Origin: Bigelowiella natans CCMP2755 | Taxonomy: Eukaryota; Protista; Cercozoa | Direction of reading: 5' to 3' | Assembly (NCBI GenBank): GCA_000320545.1 | Contig: ADNK01000875.1 | Span: forward strand, 124,001 to 188,000 | Length of the DNA: 64,000 bases | In this document: in pieces, positions 35,501 through 50,500 of the stretch | Layout: every line of letters begins with the position of its first letter | Position numbering within the stretch: the first letter of the stretch is position 1 | The notes under the pieces: generated by a model | The model's input: only the letters and a program-made list of their open reading frames with translations | What the model was told of the DNA's origin: nothing | Databases searched by the model: none | Made by a program: the position numbers and the translations under genes

Positions 35501-38500
35501 GGTGCCAGGGCACCTTCCTGCGTGCTGTCTATGACGGTGTACCCTTCCATGAAATCACACCAATGGAAAAGCCCATGAAGGTATTGGAGCTATCCACGGG
35601 TTACCGTGAAAATAAGGAGACCGGGTACGAGTTGGAAATCCACAATCTAGTTATCCAGTCAGGCTTGAATTGTGACTTACCGTGGACAAAATCCCCAACC
35701 ACAGCTCCTACAAGCTTGAGTCCGACAAGTTTATCCCCAACGACAGTGTCACCAACGTCGTGCGGCCCAACGACTTTGTCGCCGAGCACCTTTTCCCCTA
35801 CGACTGTCACCCCAACAATCGAGCCAACAGTGAATCCTACAACCTTGTCCCCTTCGACATGTGGGCCTACTTCGCTGTCACCAACAAGTCTGTCTCCGAG
35901 CACGTACTCTCCCTCGACTTGTGGACCGACTTCGTTGTCGCCAACATCGCTTTCGCCAACGTCACTGGCCCCGACATCGCTCGCGCCTTCGACTTGCGGC
36001 CCTACAAGCTGCAGCCCGACGAGTCTATCTCCAAGCACCCTGAGTCCATCCTCGATGAGTCCAACGACATGTGGTCCTACAACGTGCGGACCCACGACTC
36101 TCAGTCCTTCGACGCACTCTCCGAGCAGCTGTTCTCCTACAACTGCTGCTCCAACGTCGTCAATGTGCCTCTTCCCATTCTGGAGGTACCCTGACAATCC
36201 TGAGGACTCTCAGGTGAGGCCGGAGATGAACGAGACCTTCACAGCTTCCTCGGGGATCGTCTTGGACACAAGTGTGGACAATTTTGGTCCCAATGACAAT
36301 TTCACGCTCTGTCTGAGCTACTTACCTACGCCCATGACAGCTTCTGTGGGAGGACTTCTAACGGCAGACAACTACGGTCTTGAGGCGGTGGGCGACAAGT
36401 TTGTTCGTTTTTACATAATTGATCAAGATCCCGGCAATCCGCGTGACATCATTGAGGCTCCTGTAGCTCCTGGCCAATGGCACCACGTATGCGGTGTGTA
36501 TGATGGAACAAATCACAAGATGGGTTTGTACCTGAATGGCCAGACCTTCAACAGAAGTCTCCACGCTAAGCTGTCAACTACTGCTCCTACTTTCAACGGT
36601 ATCCACGTGGGAAGTCGGAAAACCGGCCCAACCTCATATGAGAGGTTTTCTGGAGTCATTAAAGACGCGCGTGCATACCGCTGCGCGTTGGATAAGGAAG
36701 CTATAGGCGCCATCGTAACCCCTCCTCAGTGGGTTGGATGTTTCCCAGAAGACACATCGAACCCCGAGTTCACAAACGGTCCAAAGCAGTACGGCTTCCA
36801 TACCGAGTCCTGCCAGGCTGCATGTTTCAACTACGTGTACTTCGCTCTGAGAGATGGAGGGTATTGTACTTGTGGTAACACTTACGGGAAGTACGGCGAA
36901 GTTCACCAGGGGCTATGTGGCTTACACTGTCCAGACGAACGAGAGCTTTACCCCATGCGTCGTTGTGGTACAGCGACTAACAACGCCGTTTATAGAACCC
37001 GTTCCTTTGTAGAGCACTCCCCAAATTTCACCTACGCGGGTTGCTACTCACACCGTGCAAATCTCATCGTTGATGCTTGGGACTACGGCATGAGCTGGGA
37101 CGACTGCCGCAAAGTCGCCATGAGAGAGAATAAGTTCGCGTTTGGTCTGCAATTCCCCGACAACTACAATCTCCCTGGTCAGGCACACTGTGGAGCTATT
37201 ACCGGAGCGTACCACACACAGGAGAAGGTTCCAAATACCGAGTGCGAGGATGAGGTTGATGCTCACGGCCACAATATGGGTGGCAGCTACGACATCGCAG
37301 TATACGATGTGTGCCTAGGAGTGAATCCTCAGAAAGCATCACATCTGCCAAAATATGCAGATGCTGCCGGGTGTGATCTTGACCACCTGAATCGCACGTG
37401 TATCGTGGATAAGTGTATGCCTGGATTCATTGCAACGGGACGCGGGAACGTGAGTTGTGAGTATGTCGGCAATGGCGTGACGGCAGTGTACCGACACATG
37501 GATGATGACGCAGGGCTTGTGTGTACCCCAGTCACGTGCCCAAAGAACGCCCATTTGGTAACCGAGCATGGGCTCTTCAAAGACAACTTTGGTACCTGTA
37601 CCTGCGATTTTGGCTACGTCGAACGGTATTTCACCGATTATCCTGGGGGTAACTATGTACTTGGTAAGACCTCGTGGAACGGGACTGCCTGGAACCATAC
37701 TTGTGAGGATGTATGTAGGATTGGAGACAGAAACACGGCATACGCGATCATTTTGGGCGCAAATGCAACAGAATGTGACATGTCAATTCACAGCCGGACA
37801 TGCGTGGAGACAGACTGTAACGCTGGTTACCGTGCCAGCGGGGCTGCGGTGATCACATGCAACGTGTTTGCCAGCCACGCGACTTACAACTTCACGCAGA
37901 CCGCGAGTCCTTTGACCTGTGTAGATATCTGCAAGGAAGGCGATCCGCAAACAGCCTCAGGCCTGCCACAGTGGGTGAATACCACCCGCTCGTGCAACTT
38001 TCACGCGCTTAATACTGACTGTGTACCGGTGTCGTGTAACGACGGTCATTACCCGTCCGGCTCACTCGGCAACATAAATTGTGACTACGGGGACTCGACT
38101 GGGACGGCAACATTCAGCTACACTGGAAGCTTAACTTGCGTCGACAGATGTAAGACTGCTAATCAGTATGAGGCCATCGATCTCCCAGCCAATTCTGATC
38201 CGTATGATCTCCGTGAGCCGTGCGTGATAAACTCCACGAAGACCAACTGCACAACTCGGACATGCAAGCCCGGCTACAAGTCTGCTAGTGTCGGAACTAT
38301 CGTTTGCGATCGCGACACTGGGAACCTAACTTACGTCGGCGACCACACGTGCACCGACATCTGCAACTCCGGTAACCCTTTCCAGGCCTCCGGGCTCCCA
38401 ACAAATGCCTGGCCTGCAAAGCATCTGTGCAACCTCACGGAGGCTGACCCCAGCTGCTCGGTGACAGCCTGTGCCCCTGGATATGGCTCCATTGGCTCCG

Positions 38501-41500
38501 GTGTTATCAACTGCAGCTACGCTGGTGGATCCCCAACTTACACATTCACACATGGGGGCACACCACTCTCCTGCTACGATGTCTGTGAGACGGGAAACAA
38601 CTTCCAAGCTGTTGGGCTTCCCCCCAACGCGAACGCGACCTGCGAGCTCAAGTCAGGACAGAATATTACCTCTTGTAATATATCGACGTGTCTCTACGGA
38701 TACAGACCGTGGGGTATGGGAACTATAACGTGCAATTACACCAAGGGTTGGCCCTCAGCTCTTGCATCGTACACCTACACTCCTGCATTTTGGCCCGTCA
38801 ACAACAGCATGGGTCTCAACTGCACGGACGTGTGCGCTGAGGGAGACCATCAGTACCAGACTGTTGGACTGCCTCGCCACGCCAACACCACTGGCTGTGT
38901 GCTGCATGCTGGAAAGATGGATTGCTCAGTTGCTAAGTGCGACAACGACTTCACGCAGACAGGAACGGGTACCATCACTTGCGACCCGATTTCCCTTCGA
39001 CCGGTCCTGACGTGGTCGAATACTCCCTCAAGACTTTACTGTACAGGAGTGTACCACACTTCTCACGACAAGGCACATCCTGCAGTAGCAGGCCAGACAA
39101 TCACGATTATAGGCAACGGATTCGTCTCTACGACCCTGACCGACTACAAGCTGACATTCTCTGGAGAAGGTTGCGCGGGCCTGAGCACCTTACCTGTTAA
39201 CCCCAGCTCTGTCGCCAGTGAGTACGAACTCGTTGTTTCTGGCATGAATTTAACAGAGTGCACAAAGCTTGTCTATGTACAGCTTGAGTATCAGAACAAA
39301 GGGCTGCTGCCTATTCGCAGGGTTTTATCTGTGCTAACCGCCAATCGAACTTACCAGGAGCAGTCCAAGCCCCCTCTTCCTGGCCAGGAGGTCAGAGTTA
39401 CCGGATATGGCTTCGTTACAGGAAATCTCTCCGAATATAAGGTGCAGCTTTATGGAGAGGGATGTGAAAATCTCAACACACAGGTTCTGCGGCCTTCACG
39501 CCGTCCGGACAACTTTACGTTAATCTTTGACAACGTCGATCTTACTGGCTGCGCGAAGATCGTGACAGCAGCTGTTAATATCTTCGATAATGGCCCCCAG
39601 AACCCAAGAGAAATTCTTACCATCGTATCCATCCAGCGCACCGAGCTGTTACGGGCAATTCCGGGAGCTGGAAATCAGACGGTAACCTCAAAGAACTATA
39701 CGTGTATACATTGTCTCTCCCCTCCTCCCTCCTCCTCTCTGTTTTGTTCTTGATTTTTAGTAGTGCGCTTGCGCACACCTCATCCCTGGTGCCCCGCTTA
39801 TTCTGTTTTTTCACACGAAGGTATTCATCCGTGGCCACGGATTCTTCTCCCAGAATGTGCGCGACTACGTGATCAAGTTCGAGGGATGGAGTTGCACGGA
39901 ACTGCCGGTCTATAAGCACCCGGACATCATTCTCTCGGACACTGAAATGGTGGTGAACAAGGTCAATGTTTCTAACTGCGACCGAAGCATCCGAGCCTCT
40001 CTAGTCTACATGCCACCGGGCCATACCTTCACAAGGAACTACAGAAAATCAGGTCTAAGATTCATCTCTTCGCAGCCTTCTGGCTACTCCGGTTCCTGGT
40101 CTCCGGAAAAGGCAAATGATAACAACCCTCTCACACGCTGGTTGCCGGTGACAAATCCGGGAGGCGACTATAGGATTCGATTCCATACTCCTAAGTATCC
40201 TATCGACGGAGTTATTCTCGACTCCGACATCCAGGACAGTTTGCGACGGTTCACTATCAAGAACTTCGAGGTGTATTCGGTATCAAACACAACGAACAAC
40301 AGGACGATGGTGATGTCGGGAAAGTTCAAATGCTGTACTACCAACGTCATCTCGTGCTGTTTGCAGGGACGCCAGGCGTTCAACTTCACCGGTGGGGTTA
40401 TTGTCGCTGGAGAGGATATCGAGCTTGTCATCAAGGATACGTGGGGTGGCAGCGTGCCACAGCTCAATGAGCTGGAGATCCAAATCGCTGGCTACCACGT
40501 CGGGCCAAGCAATGTATACGGTATCGCGAAGGTGCGCGACACGATCGTTGGGCAAGCCGCTCCAGGAATCTCGAACCAACGCCTCGTGATTACTGGCCAA
40601 TACTTTTGGTCTGATGATCTCACCCATTATGACATTCGGCTAACAGGCGACAACTGCAAGAATATCTCGTCACATCCAAACCACCCCGAGGTGAAGATCG
40701 ATAACCATACTCTCCACGTCTTTCCTGTGGATCTGACTGGTTGCAACACCACCATCTGGGCTGAGTTGAACTACAAGGGTCGAGGATGGAATCCAGCTGA
40801 ACCTATCCTTACGATGCTTGTCGTGAAGGATACGACGTACGTTCCACACAACGTAGTGCCTATGATAGCAAACCAAACCATCACTGTCACTGGAACAGGC
40901 TTTGTGTCAAACAACCCGTCGGATTACAACATCACCCTCTCGGGCGCGGGATGCAGTGGAATTTACAACTACGACTCCGAAAACTTTGGAGGTATCGTGC
41001 AGGTCGACTCTCTGACTCAGCTCAAGCTATTTGGAGTGAATGCGACAGGATGCAACAAGACCATCAACATCGAAATCAATTTTCAGCACAAACGAAACAC
41101 GCCGGTGTTTGCACTGACGTCAGCTGTACGACTCGATGACTACGGAGAGATTCAATCGCTCCCCGCAATTGAAAACCAGACAGTATTAGTGCACGGCTTT
41201 GGGTTCTGGTCGCAGAATCTGAACGACTACACTGTCTACCTCGAAGGTGATGGATGTCGGCACTTGCCGTCGGGTGGAATCAAGCCGTACAAGTGGCACG
41301 GCATCAGAGTGCTAAACCTTCGTGGAATCGACCTACGCGGGTGCGTGCTGGACGTGCGCGTTGGTGTCGACTACCAGGGAAAGGGTCGAATCCCGATGCA
41401 ACTGATGCTTGAAGCTGTGAATGTGTGGAACCGCACTCACGACTTCGCCGTTCCCCAGATTGCTCATCAGACTATGTACATTCTTGGGACTGGGTTCTTT

Positions 41501-44500
41501 AGCCAGCGGCTCGAGGATTACCGTTTCCGTTTCCGCGGTGACGGCTGCTCGCGCTTGTCCTCCAACTGGACTAACGCTCACCGCATCGTCACAACACATC
41601 ATCTTGAGGTTGCGAATATCGATCTAACGGGCTGCACAGACATCATCGAGATGGAGCTCAACTACCAAATGAAGGGAGAGCTCCCATACGTCAAGGTGGC
41701 GACGATTGTTCGGGTAGACAACACAACTGGCTGGCAAGCGAGGCCTGCACTGCGCAACCAAACCATTACGGTCCTTGGAAATGGCTACCTCTCGACGAAT
41801 GTGTCAGAGTATCACATACTTCTCAGCGGCGATGGCTGTGACGAGCTTCCTCCAAAGGAAATCCATCCAACGCACGTGAGCAACAAAACGTTGCGTCTCT
41901 ACAACATATCTCTCATGGGCTGTATCAACACAGTGGACATGCAACTTGAGTACAGGAGAAAAGGATACTCTCCTATCCAATCCATTGCCGATCTTGTGTA
42001 CATCTATAATACCACGGAGTCTTTTGCGGTGCCTGCAATCGAGGGCCAGATGATATGGATTCAAGGCAAAGACTTCCTCTCGTCGAATCTGAACGACTAC
42101 GTATTGTGGCTTAACGGACCTAATTGTACTGGCCTCCCGACATATGGAATCACTCCTACTGCCCGTGAATCAGAGAATACGCTACGGATCGACAACGTCA
42201 ACATGACCGAATGTGATCATATCCTGAACATCCGACTTGAGTATGAGGGACGTGGCTTACTCCCTAACGTACAGGTAGGCGCTGTAGTAAACTTGCATGA
42301 CCACAAGATGAACAGATCCTATCCCGCCATCCAAAACCAAGCACTGACTATCACGGGTACCGGCTACTCGTCGCTCAACCTCTCGGACTACGTGATTACC
42401 TTCTCTGGGGTTGGCTGTATTACACAGACAATGAATCCCTCCGCACGAAACTCGAATACCAATCTGACTGTTGCAGGAGTAAACCTGACAGGCTGCGAGG
42501 AAATGGTCTGGGCAACTCTCAACTACCAGACAAAAGGCGCGCTTCCCCAGCGAATCGCTATTAGGGCTGTCACAGTGCTCGATATCAGCAATACCTACTC
42601 TATGCCTCGGATTGAAAACCAAACCGTGACCATCACGGGTACTGGATTCCTATCTAGGAATCTCCATGACTACCACGTTACGTTCAGAGGAGTCAATTGT
42701 AGTGGGCTGAGGCCAGCCGGAAGATACCCGACCCTGCACTTCTATCCAGATCGACTGCAAGTGATGGGTGTCAACCTTACCGGATGCACAGAGAATCTTC
42801 AAGTACAGCTTGACTACAAGAAGAGGGGTGCACTACCGTACAAAATCATCACCGAGGTTGCTGGAGCCATCGATACTACTGAGCTTTCCATGCCGGACCG
42901 CCACGACCGTCAGTCTATTCCTGCCATCGGGGGGCAAAGTGTCACCATCACAGGATACGATTTTGGCTTCCGGTCATCGGCAATGTCGGACTACGCTCTC
43001 ATGTTCAATGGATCTGGTTGCTTGGACCTCCCTTCGGATCACGTGAATCCTACCCGTGAAGTCTTTACTGTGTCCGGATCTCGGCAGTTGGTGTACGACA
43101 ACTTTAATGCCACTGGTTGCGACGATAAGGTAGCAATCCGGCTCAATTATCAGGGTCGCGGCTATGAACCCCACAAGTCCGTGACTTTTGCACTGTATCT
43201 TGACAACACCCGCGTCACGCAAGGACTTCCAACGATCGATGGCCAGACTGTATTCATTTATGGTCATGGTTTCCAGAGCGAAACTCTTAGTGACTACGCT
43301 GTCCAATTCTGGGGGGTCGGTTGCACAGGGCTTTCCGCGATTAAATACCCATCTGAATGGATTAACACCAGAAAGCTACGTTTTACGGGAATCGATTTGA
43401 GAGGCTGCAACACGGTGATTCACGCCAGGATGAATTATCAGAGCAAAGGAGACTTCATCGACACAATCGTGGCGACGCCATTCAACTTGAACGACACCTC
43501 GTGGTTCCAGTCAAACTCTCCTATCCCTGCTCAAAACATCAGCTTGCATGGAATGGGTTGGTTCAAACAAAACGTGACCGAATACCGTGTGAAGCTACGC
43601 GGCGATGGATGCACAAACCTACCCAGCTCCTGGTTCTATGTGTCCAAGTACATCTCCCCGTTCTTACTGCTGCTGCATGACATTGATCTCACAGGATGCA
43701 ACAACAAACTAGAGGCGTCCCTCGACTACCATAAGCAAGGGTTCCATCCTTTCACTCCTGTAAGCCAGATCTTCCTCATCCAAAACACGAGTTTAATCCA
43801 AGCGATTCCAGCCAGGGCTGGCCAGAGCTTTTGGGTTAACGGGACTGGATTCTACTCTCAGATTCTCACTGACTACCAGTTATACATCGACGGTCCTGAC
43901 TGCGTGTCGCTCCCTGCGCTCGTAGAACCGGTGTCTTGGTTTGATGAGGCCCAGCTCAAGTTCAACAATATCGACTTCACGGGTTGCACTGGGTTGATCA
44001 GCCTTCGGCTCAACTACACCAGCCAGGGTCGGAACATCCTTCAACACATCGCAACCGCTGTGCATCTGTATGATACAAAGAACAACCAGTCGACTCCTGG
44101 GACTTCGAATCAGACAATTTTACTAAGAGGAACTGGATTCTTCAGCACGAACCTGACGGACTATCGCGTCTGGGTCACCGGACCGGGATGTACCAACACC
44201 TCACAGGCTCCAATGTATATCACTCGGCGTCTGTCTGATAATGAACTCCACCTCTCCAATGTGGACCTTCTTGGCTGCACTGGAATTGTAAGGATAACCT
44301 TAGATTACGGTAGAAGAGGGAAGATTGCTATCACGGATGTCACCACAGCTGTGACGGTTCATTTTTATAAAGGATTTGCGGTTCCCGCAATTCAAAAGCA
44401 GGTCCTGTACATTCGCGGAACTGGTTTTTTCTCCGAATTCCAAGAGCATTACGACCTGCGTTTCTCAGGAACAGGTTGCAACTACGTCCAATCGGGCTGG

Positions 44501-47500
44501 AGACTCAATATTACGAACCGAAATTTGCTCACAATCCACGACTTCGACGCTCGGGACTGTGTGGACACAATCGATCTCGTTGTGAACTATCTTGGAGACG
44601 TGCACAATGGGGTGCGAATTAGCCAAGGCTTGATGCCAATACGCAAGGTGGCGGCAGCCGTTCACATTTACAACACTAGTCTCACGGAGTCGAACCCAGG
44701 TATCTCCGAGCAGTATTTTGTCATCTATGGTACAGGCTTCTGGAGCAATGATCCTACGGACTATAATTTGACGTTCTTTGGCTCTGGGGTGGATCAGGAC
44801 GAACACCCACGCAACAACTACTGTCGAAATTTAACTTCCGTGCACCCCATCACCATTGAGGGTGACAAACCCAACACAAACAAGACCCTGATTGTGAAGC
44901 TCGACTTAACTGGATGTACGGAGTTCATCCACGTTGCCCTAGACTATCAGCAGAAAGGTCGCCTGCCCTACAAGCGCTTCCTAAGTGCAGTAACGACGCT
45001 CGAGAAGTACAAATACTTCCAGGTGCCGCGAATTGAAAATCAGACCATCGAGATAAGGGGAACCGGTTTCTTCTCCCATCTGCTCACCGACTACCAGCTG
45101 CTATTCAGAGGTAAGGGCTGTACCAGGCTGCCTTCGGGCGTCGTCTATCCCACCGCCTGGCAGAGCGACAAGTTGCTGCTTTATCATGGCTTAGATGTAC
45201 GTGCCTGTAATGAGTCCATTGAGGTCTCTCTCAACTATCTACGAAGAGGTTACTATCCGTACATGAAAGTCGCAGACACTGTATACGTGCGTGACTTCAG
45301 TTTAGTTCAGGCCTCCACCGCAGGTCCAGGTCAAAATATCACGATCTTCGGCCATGGTTTCTGGTCAAACAACACTGCAGATTACCAACTCAAGGTCATT
45401 GGTCCACACTGCGAGAATTTACCAACCAGCTACATCCCAGCCAGTAACCGGTTGGATATACACTCGATTCGCGTTGTAAACATCGATCTGACTGGGTGCA
45501 ACCAGACAATTGACTTCATGCTCAACTTCCAAAACAAGGGTGACCTGCCCTTCCAAACCGCAACGGCAGTAGTTACTGTTTGGAACACGACAGAACATCA
45601 GATTATCGCGCCACAAAAGCATCAGATCATGCAGGCAATTCCTGCTCTTCCTGGTCAGACCGTCTACATCTACGGAACTGGATTTGTGCAACCGGACACG
45701 AATCTCTACGTTGCGAATTTCACGGGACCTGGCTGCTCGGATCTCGTTTCGATCAACCCGACATCCATCAATTCAAGCGGCGTGATCATGGTTCACGGGA
45801 TCAACACCACCGAGTGCACTGAAAAGCTCTACGTTACACTTGATTATTCAGGACCCGACAGCGTTGGGCCTTATAAAACTGTCCCTGTTGCCCACATCCT
45901 TCGTTTAGAGAAGACAGACTTCGATCGATCGTACCCCTCTCTTCCAAATCAAAGGGTTCAGGTGTCAGGCTACGGATTTGTCTCACCCGTTTTGAGCGAT
46001 TACTTGATCCGTTTCTTCGGTGAGGGTTGCTCCCGGCTGATAGCAGCATGGTTCACTCCCAATAGACACCACCCAGATCATCAGCTCTGGGTGGATGGAG
46101 TGGATCTCTCTGGCTGTACAGGCTCCGTCAGTGCGATCGTCAATTATCGACACCGTGGATGGGTGCGTCAGCAGCGCGTCTTCACTGCGGTAACTGTACA
46201 AGATACGGCCTCAGAGTACGCGCTCCCACCTACCCGACAACGCGTTAGAATATATGGTTCTGGGTTCTTCTCATCGAATCACAGTCACTATAAGATTCTT
46301 CTCACCGGCGAAGAGTGTCTCGGTCTAATGCCCCATGCTGTGTATCCAGACGAGATTCGAAGGCCTGATATGCTGCTTCTCGATGTGGAGCTCGTCAATT
46401 GCACCGGTAGGCTGTACGCGAGCCTCAACTACGAGAGTCTCGGCTACCTGCCTCCGCAGCCTATTGTAACTATTACAGAGATTCTCGATCGGAGATGGAC
46501 TTTCGCCGTTCCGCAGATTGACGACCAAATCATTCGTATCAAGGGAAGAGACTTTGGATTTGCTTCTGGCAACATTAGAGATTACAATATCACGTTGAAG
46601 GCCCCAAATTGCACGGTCCCTGACAACGTAAACCCTGAGTTCATGTGCAACCCTGGTTGCACACCACCACAGGAAATCATTCCCTTCCAGATGAGTGGGT
46701 ATGAGAATAAGAAGCCCTTAACCCTCACCACGTTTGAATTCTTCAGTTTCTTCCCTTTCCGGTCCGAGGACTTCAAGTTGCAATCTAAGTATTCAGCCAA
46801 AGCCATGACAGATGCAGGAGCTGTGGCAGGTATTCGGGTCTACGCCTTATCTCTCAACTTCTCGGCTGTCCCCGCACACGCCCTGAAGGATGTGAGAATC
46901 GCTGTGGGTTCTGCGCCACTCTCCACATTCCACACCTGGACGGCTTGGGAGAATGTCACGACCGTCTTCGGACCGAAGAACATGTCTGCAACTGATTTCA
47001 AGCCCAACTTTTGGACGCGATTCGTGCTGGACAAGCCGTTCGTTTGGGACGGGCGGTCTCTTGTGATCGAGTTCTCCATCGACGGCGAGGCTGGTTCCGC
47101 GACACCGAGCAATACTGGTCGCATCGCTCTCGTTGGAGCGAACGGAAATGATGGGAACTCTCTCTATAAAGCCTCGAATGGAGACATTTATCCCTTTGAT
47201 ACTATGGATCAGGGAAGCATGCAAGACTTTGGCATGCAGTTCAGACTGGAAGTTAATCCACCGGAGACCATCCAGCCTCTTGATACCGCACCATCGACAA
47301 AGATGGGTTCAAACGGGATGAAGCTAGCCTTCTCTCCACAGCACAGGAAGTACCTTGCGCAGTCGATCTACCACCAAGACGACTTGTGGCTGAACCGGAA
47401 CATCCTGAAGGACTGGGGAGAAATGCAGTCGTTTATGATCCGTGCTGTCGGATTCCACATTTCGCACGCTCCAAAACACTCGCTCAGCAACATGCGTATT

Positions 47501-50500
47501 GGTTTAGCTCTCACAAACAACACGGACTACGCCCAGAGCACTGAGTGGATCAACACGACTGTTGTCTATGGACCAACCTCCGTCGCAGCGGAGACGTTCA
47601 AGAATGACGAGTGGGCCTATTTTGCGTTGGACAAACCGTTTGTGTATGATGCCAAGTCGAACCTGGTTGTGGAGTTCTCAACAGAGGGCGTGCACATGGA
47701 CCACTCAAACGGTACGATCTACACTATCGAAACAAACAATTCCCGCAGTTTGAACTGGTCTACGAGCTACCAAATGCCCTACAGTGGATGCCGTATTGTG
47801 ACTTTCGCGGTGAATGCTACGGACCTGGAAGCAGGAAGTCGGGAGGTGTACCTCTACACACACCACAACTGGATTCAGCTCGGGTCCGAATGCACACAAA
47901 GAGGCGCAAAGTGCGACATAGAAGTTTGCGACGACCGGTTTGTGCTGAAGGTCGGAAAGGATTCCTTCAATTACAATGTGAGCGTTGGTGGCACCTACTG
48001 GTTCTCCGAGTACAACCTCAAGAACGACACGCGTAACTCCTCGTGGCCAAAGGAGGGGACGATATATCCCTATGCACACTATGATGGGACGGCGCAAACG
48101 GATGTCATGCAGGTTCGCCTGGTTGGGCTTACCAGTCAAATCTTGCAGCTCAACGTGAATATGACAGGCTGTGGCACACCGCTTGAAGCTCAGCTCAACT
48201 ATCAGGAGAAGGGCACAAGTCCCCTGCAAACTATCGCTTCTACGGTGTGGCTGCAGGATGATATTCGTGTGGATGGTACAGGATTCATCTCCCATCCGGC
48301 GGCGTCTAGTCAGACTATCCAAATCCATGGTACGGGCTTCGTTAGCGAGAATATGACTCACTACCGAATCACCTTCTACGGAGATGGCTGTTATAAACTT
48401 CCGACGCATGCTGTGTTCCCAAATCGCAAGCACAGAACTGTGCGCCTCACATTCGATAACATGGATCTCACCGGCTGCCGGGACAATGTCAAGATTGTAC
48501 TCAACTATCTGCAAAAGGGAGAGCTTCCAGAGAGGCAAATTCTCACGATCGTTCGCGTAAAGAACACCCAGGAGAGCTTCTCGCTGCCTCCCTTGCGGAA
48601 CCAGACGTTGACAATTACAGGCTCCGGATTCTTCTCCCCGAATATGACAGACTACCCCATCTTCGTCAGCGGTGAAAATTGCCTCCGACTCAATCAGTAC
48701 GAAGTCACGAACGCGGAGGTGCCAGAGTGGAACGGAGTATATTTTGCGAACGCTCGTTACTCTGACGGACTACGCATGTATGAAAAGGACCCTGCGCACC
48801 AGCTCTGGAGGGAGAATGGTATGTGGAAGCTGGGTGTGAAAGGCAGTTCTCTCAAGTACCATAGTCCGCACCTCAACCTCATTGCACCCAAGCACGAAGG
48901 CTGGTACGATGACGCGGTGCCATCGCACTGGAGCTACCTACAGATTCACAAGTTTGGCAACCATACGTATCCATTCCGAAGATTGTCAGAGACGCAGCTA
49001 GCTCTTGAGCTGGACCTCCGCGATTGCACTAATCTTGTAAGTGTGCGCCTCAACTATATGTGGCTGGGTACCCTGGAATCAATTCCTGTCGCTTCGATCG
49101 CGCAGATAAAGAAAACTGACGAGGAGCAAGGGGTTCTTGCTTACCCTAATCGAAATATTACTATTAAGGGAGAGAACTTTGGTTTCACGTCATCTTTGCT
49201 CACCGACTATGTTCTGAAGATCAGCGGTCCGGAGTGCGATAACCTTTCTCCAAGCTCTATTAACCCATCAAGCATTTCCGACAGCATTAAAAACATTATC
49301 AAGCCATTGGCGCTGGAGCCTCTCGTAGCATCCAACGCTTCGAAGGCTGGATTCAACTCCGATCTGGAGGAATACAAGATTCAGAGTATCTATTTGCACA
49401 GCGACGACCTTACCTCTAACATGGAGGAACCTGGCTTTCAGATCACCGGCATCTTGGTTAACGTGAAGGCGGTTGAGGGTCTTAAGCTTTCGAACATCCG
49501 TGTAGCCATGGGAATCACGTCGAAGAGAGATTTTGCTTCTGCGACAGGTTTCGAGGCCACTGAGGTCGTGTTCGGTCCAGCTGACATCCTACTCACCAAT
49601 CACGACGTTACCGAGATGCTGAACATTACGTTCGATAAACCATTTGTTTGGAGCGGCGCATGGCTCGACATTGATCCATATGTTCCTGATAAAAATCTGG
49701 TTGTCGAAATTTCCGGTGACACGCAGATCGTGCGGAACTGGCCGGGTCCTGGGGCTGGGGGCATGGAAACGAAGAGGGCGCCTTCGATGCGTACCATTAC
49801 TTATGCCAGCCGACAGGACACGGGCTTCTACCCATTCTCAGTTCCCTCGCCAGCGGATACGGATAAGGAGAACGTTACCATGGATATCCAGCTAGTTGGG
49901 AGAGGTGCGAAGGTTTTGCACTTCAACCTTGATCTCACTGATTGTGATAGCTATCTTAACGCAACCCTCGACTATCAAACATCCGGTGTGCAATATGGAG
50001 AACTCTTCGCGAGCACCGTCACCATTCTCGACTCAAGCCTCCATCGTGCATACCCTGCACGCTCTGGGCAAACAATCAATATGACATCGAAGGGATGGGG
50101 TTACAGGAGCCGTAACCTGACTGACTATAAGGTCATGTTCTTTGGCGACGGGTGTTGGAAGCTGCCGAATCGACCTATCATCCCCTCCTCCAAGCCGCAC
50201 CAGAAGACTCTGTTATTCGACAACATTGATCTCTCCGGATGCAGGGGCATGGTGACCGCTAAGCTAGTCTACCAGAACGACCGTACTATCTTCCAGGACC
50301 TATTTATGGCGGTGACAGTCGGGAACACTGAATACACCTACTCTCGCCCTCCGCTAACCGGGCAGACGCTGGTGCTTAACGGGACTGGATTCTACGATCT
50401 TCACCCCTCCGCATACGTTGCAACCTTCAGAGGACGGGGCTGCACTGGGGCGCTAACAAATTTAAATCCCGATGTCATCAACTACCCATCAAATCTGATC

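Noticed and set aside
35690-36160. Regular ~15-nt repeats resembling a CRISPR or satellite array
   Set aside because: Synonymously diverged codons for PTSLS/PSTCG peptide repeats within a coding exon; no fixed repeat-spacer structure.
31267-39753. 2828-aa ORF as a stand-alone gene
   Set aside because: Its GTG start lies just inside an exon beginning at 31260 and its last 23 codons are intron (donor at 39682); it is one exon of the giant gene.
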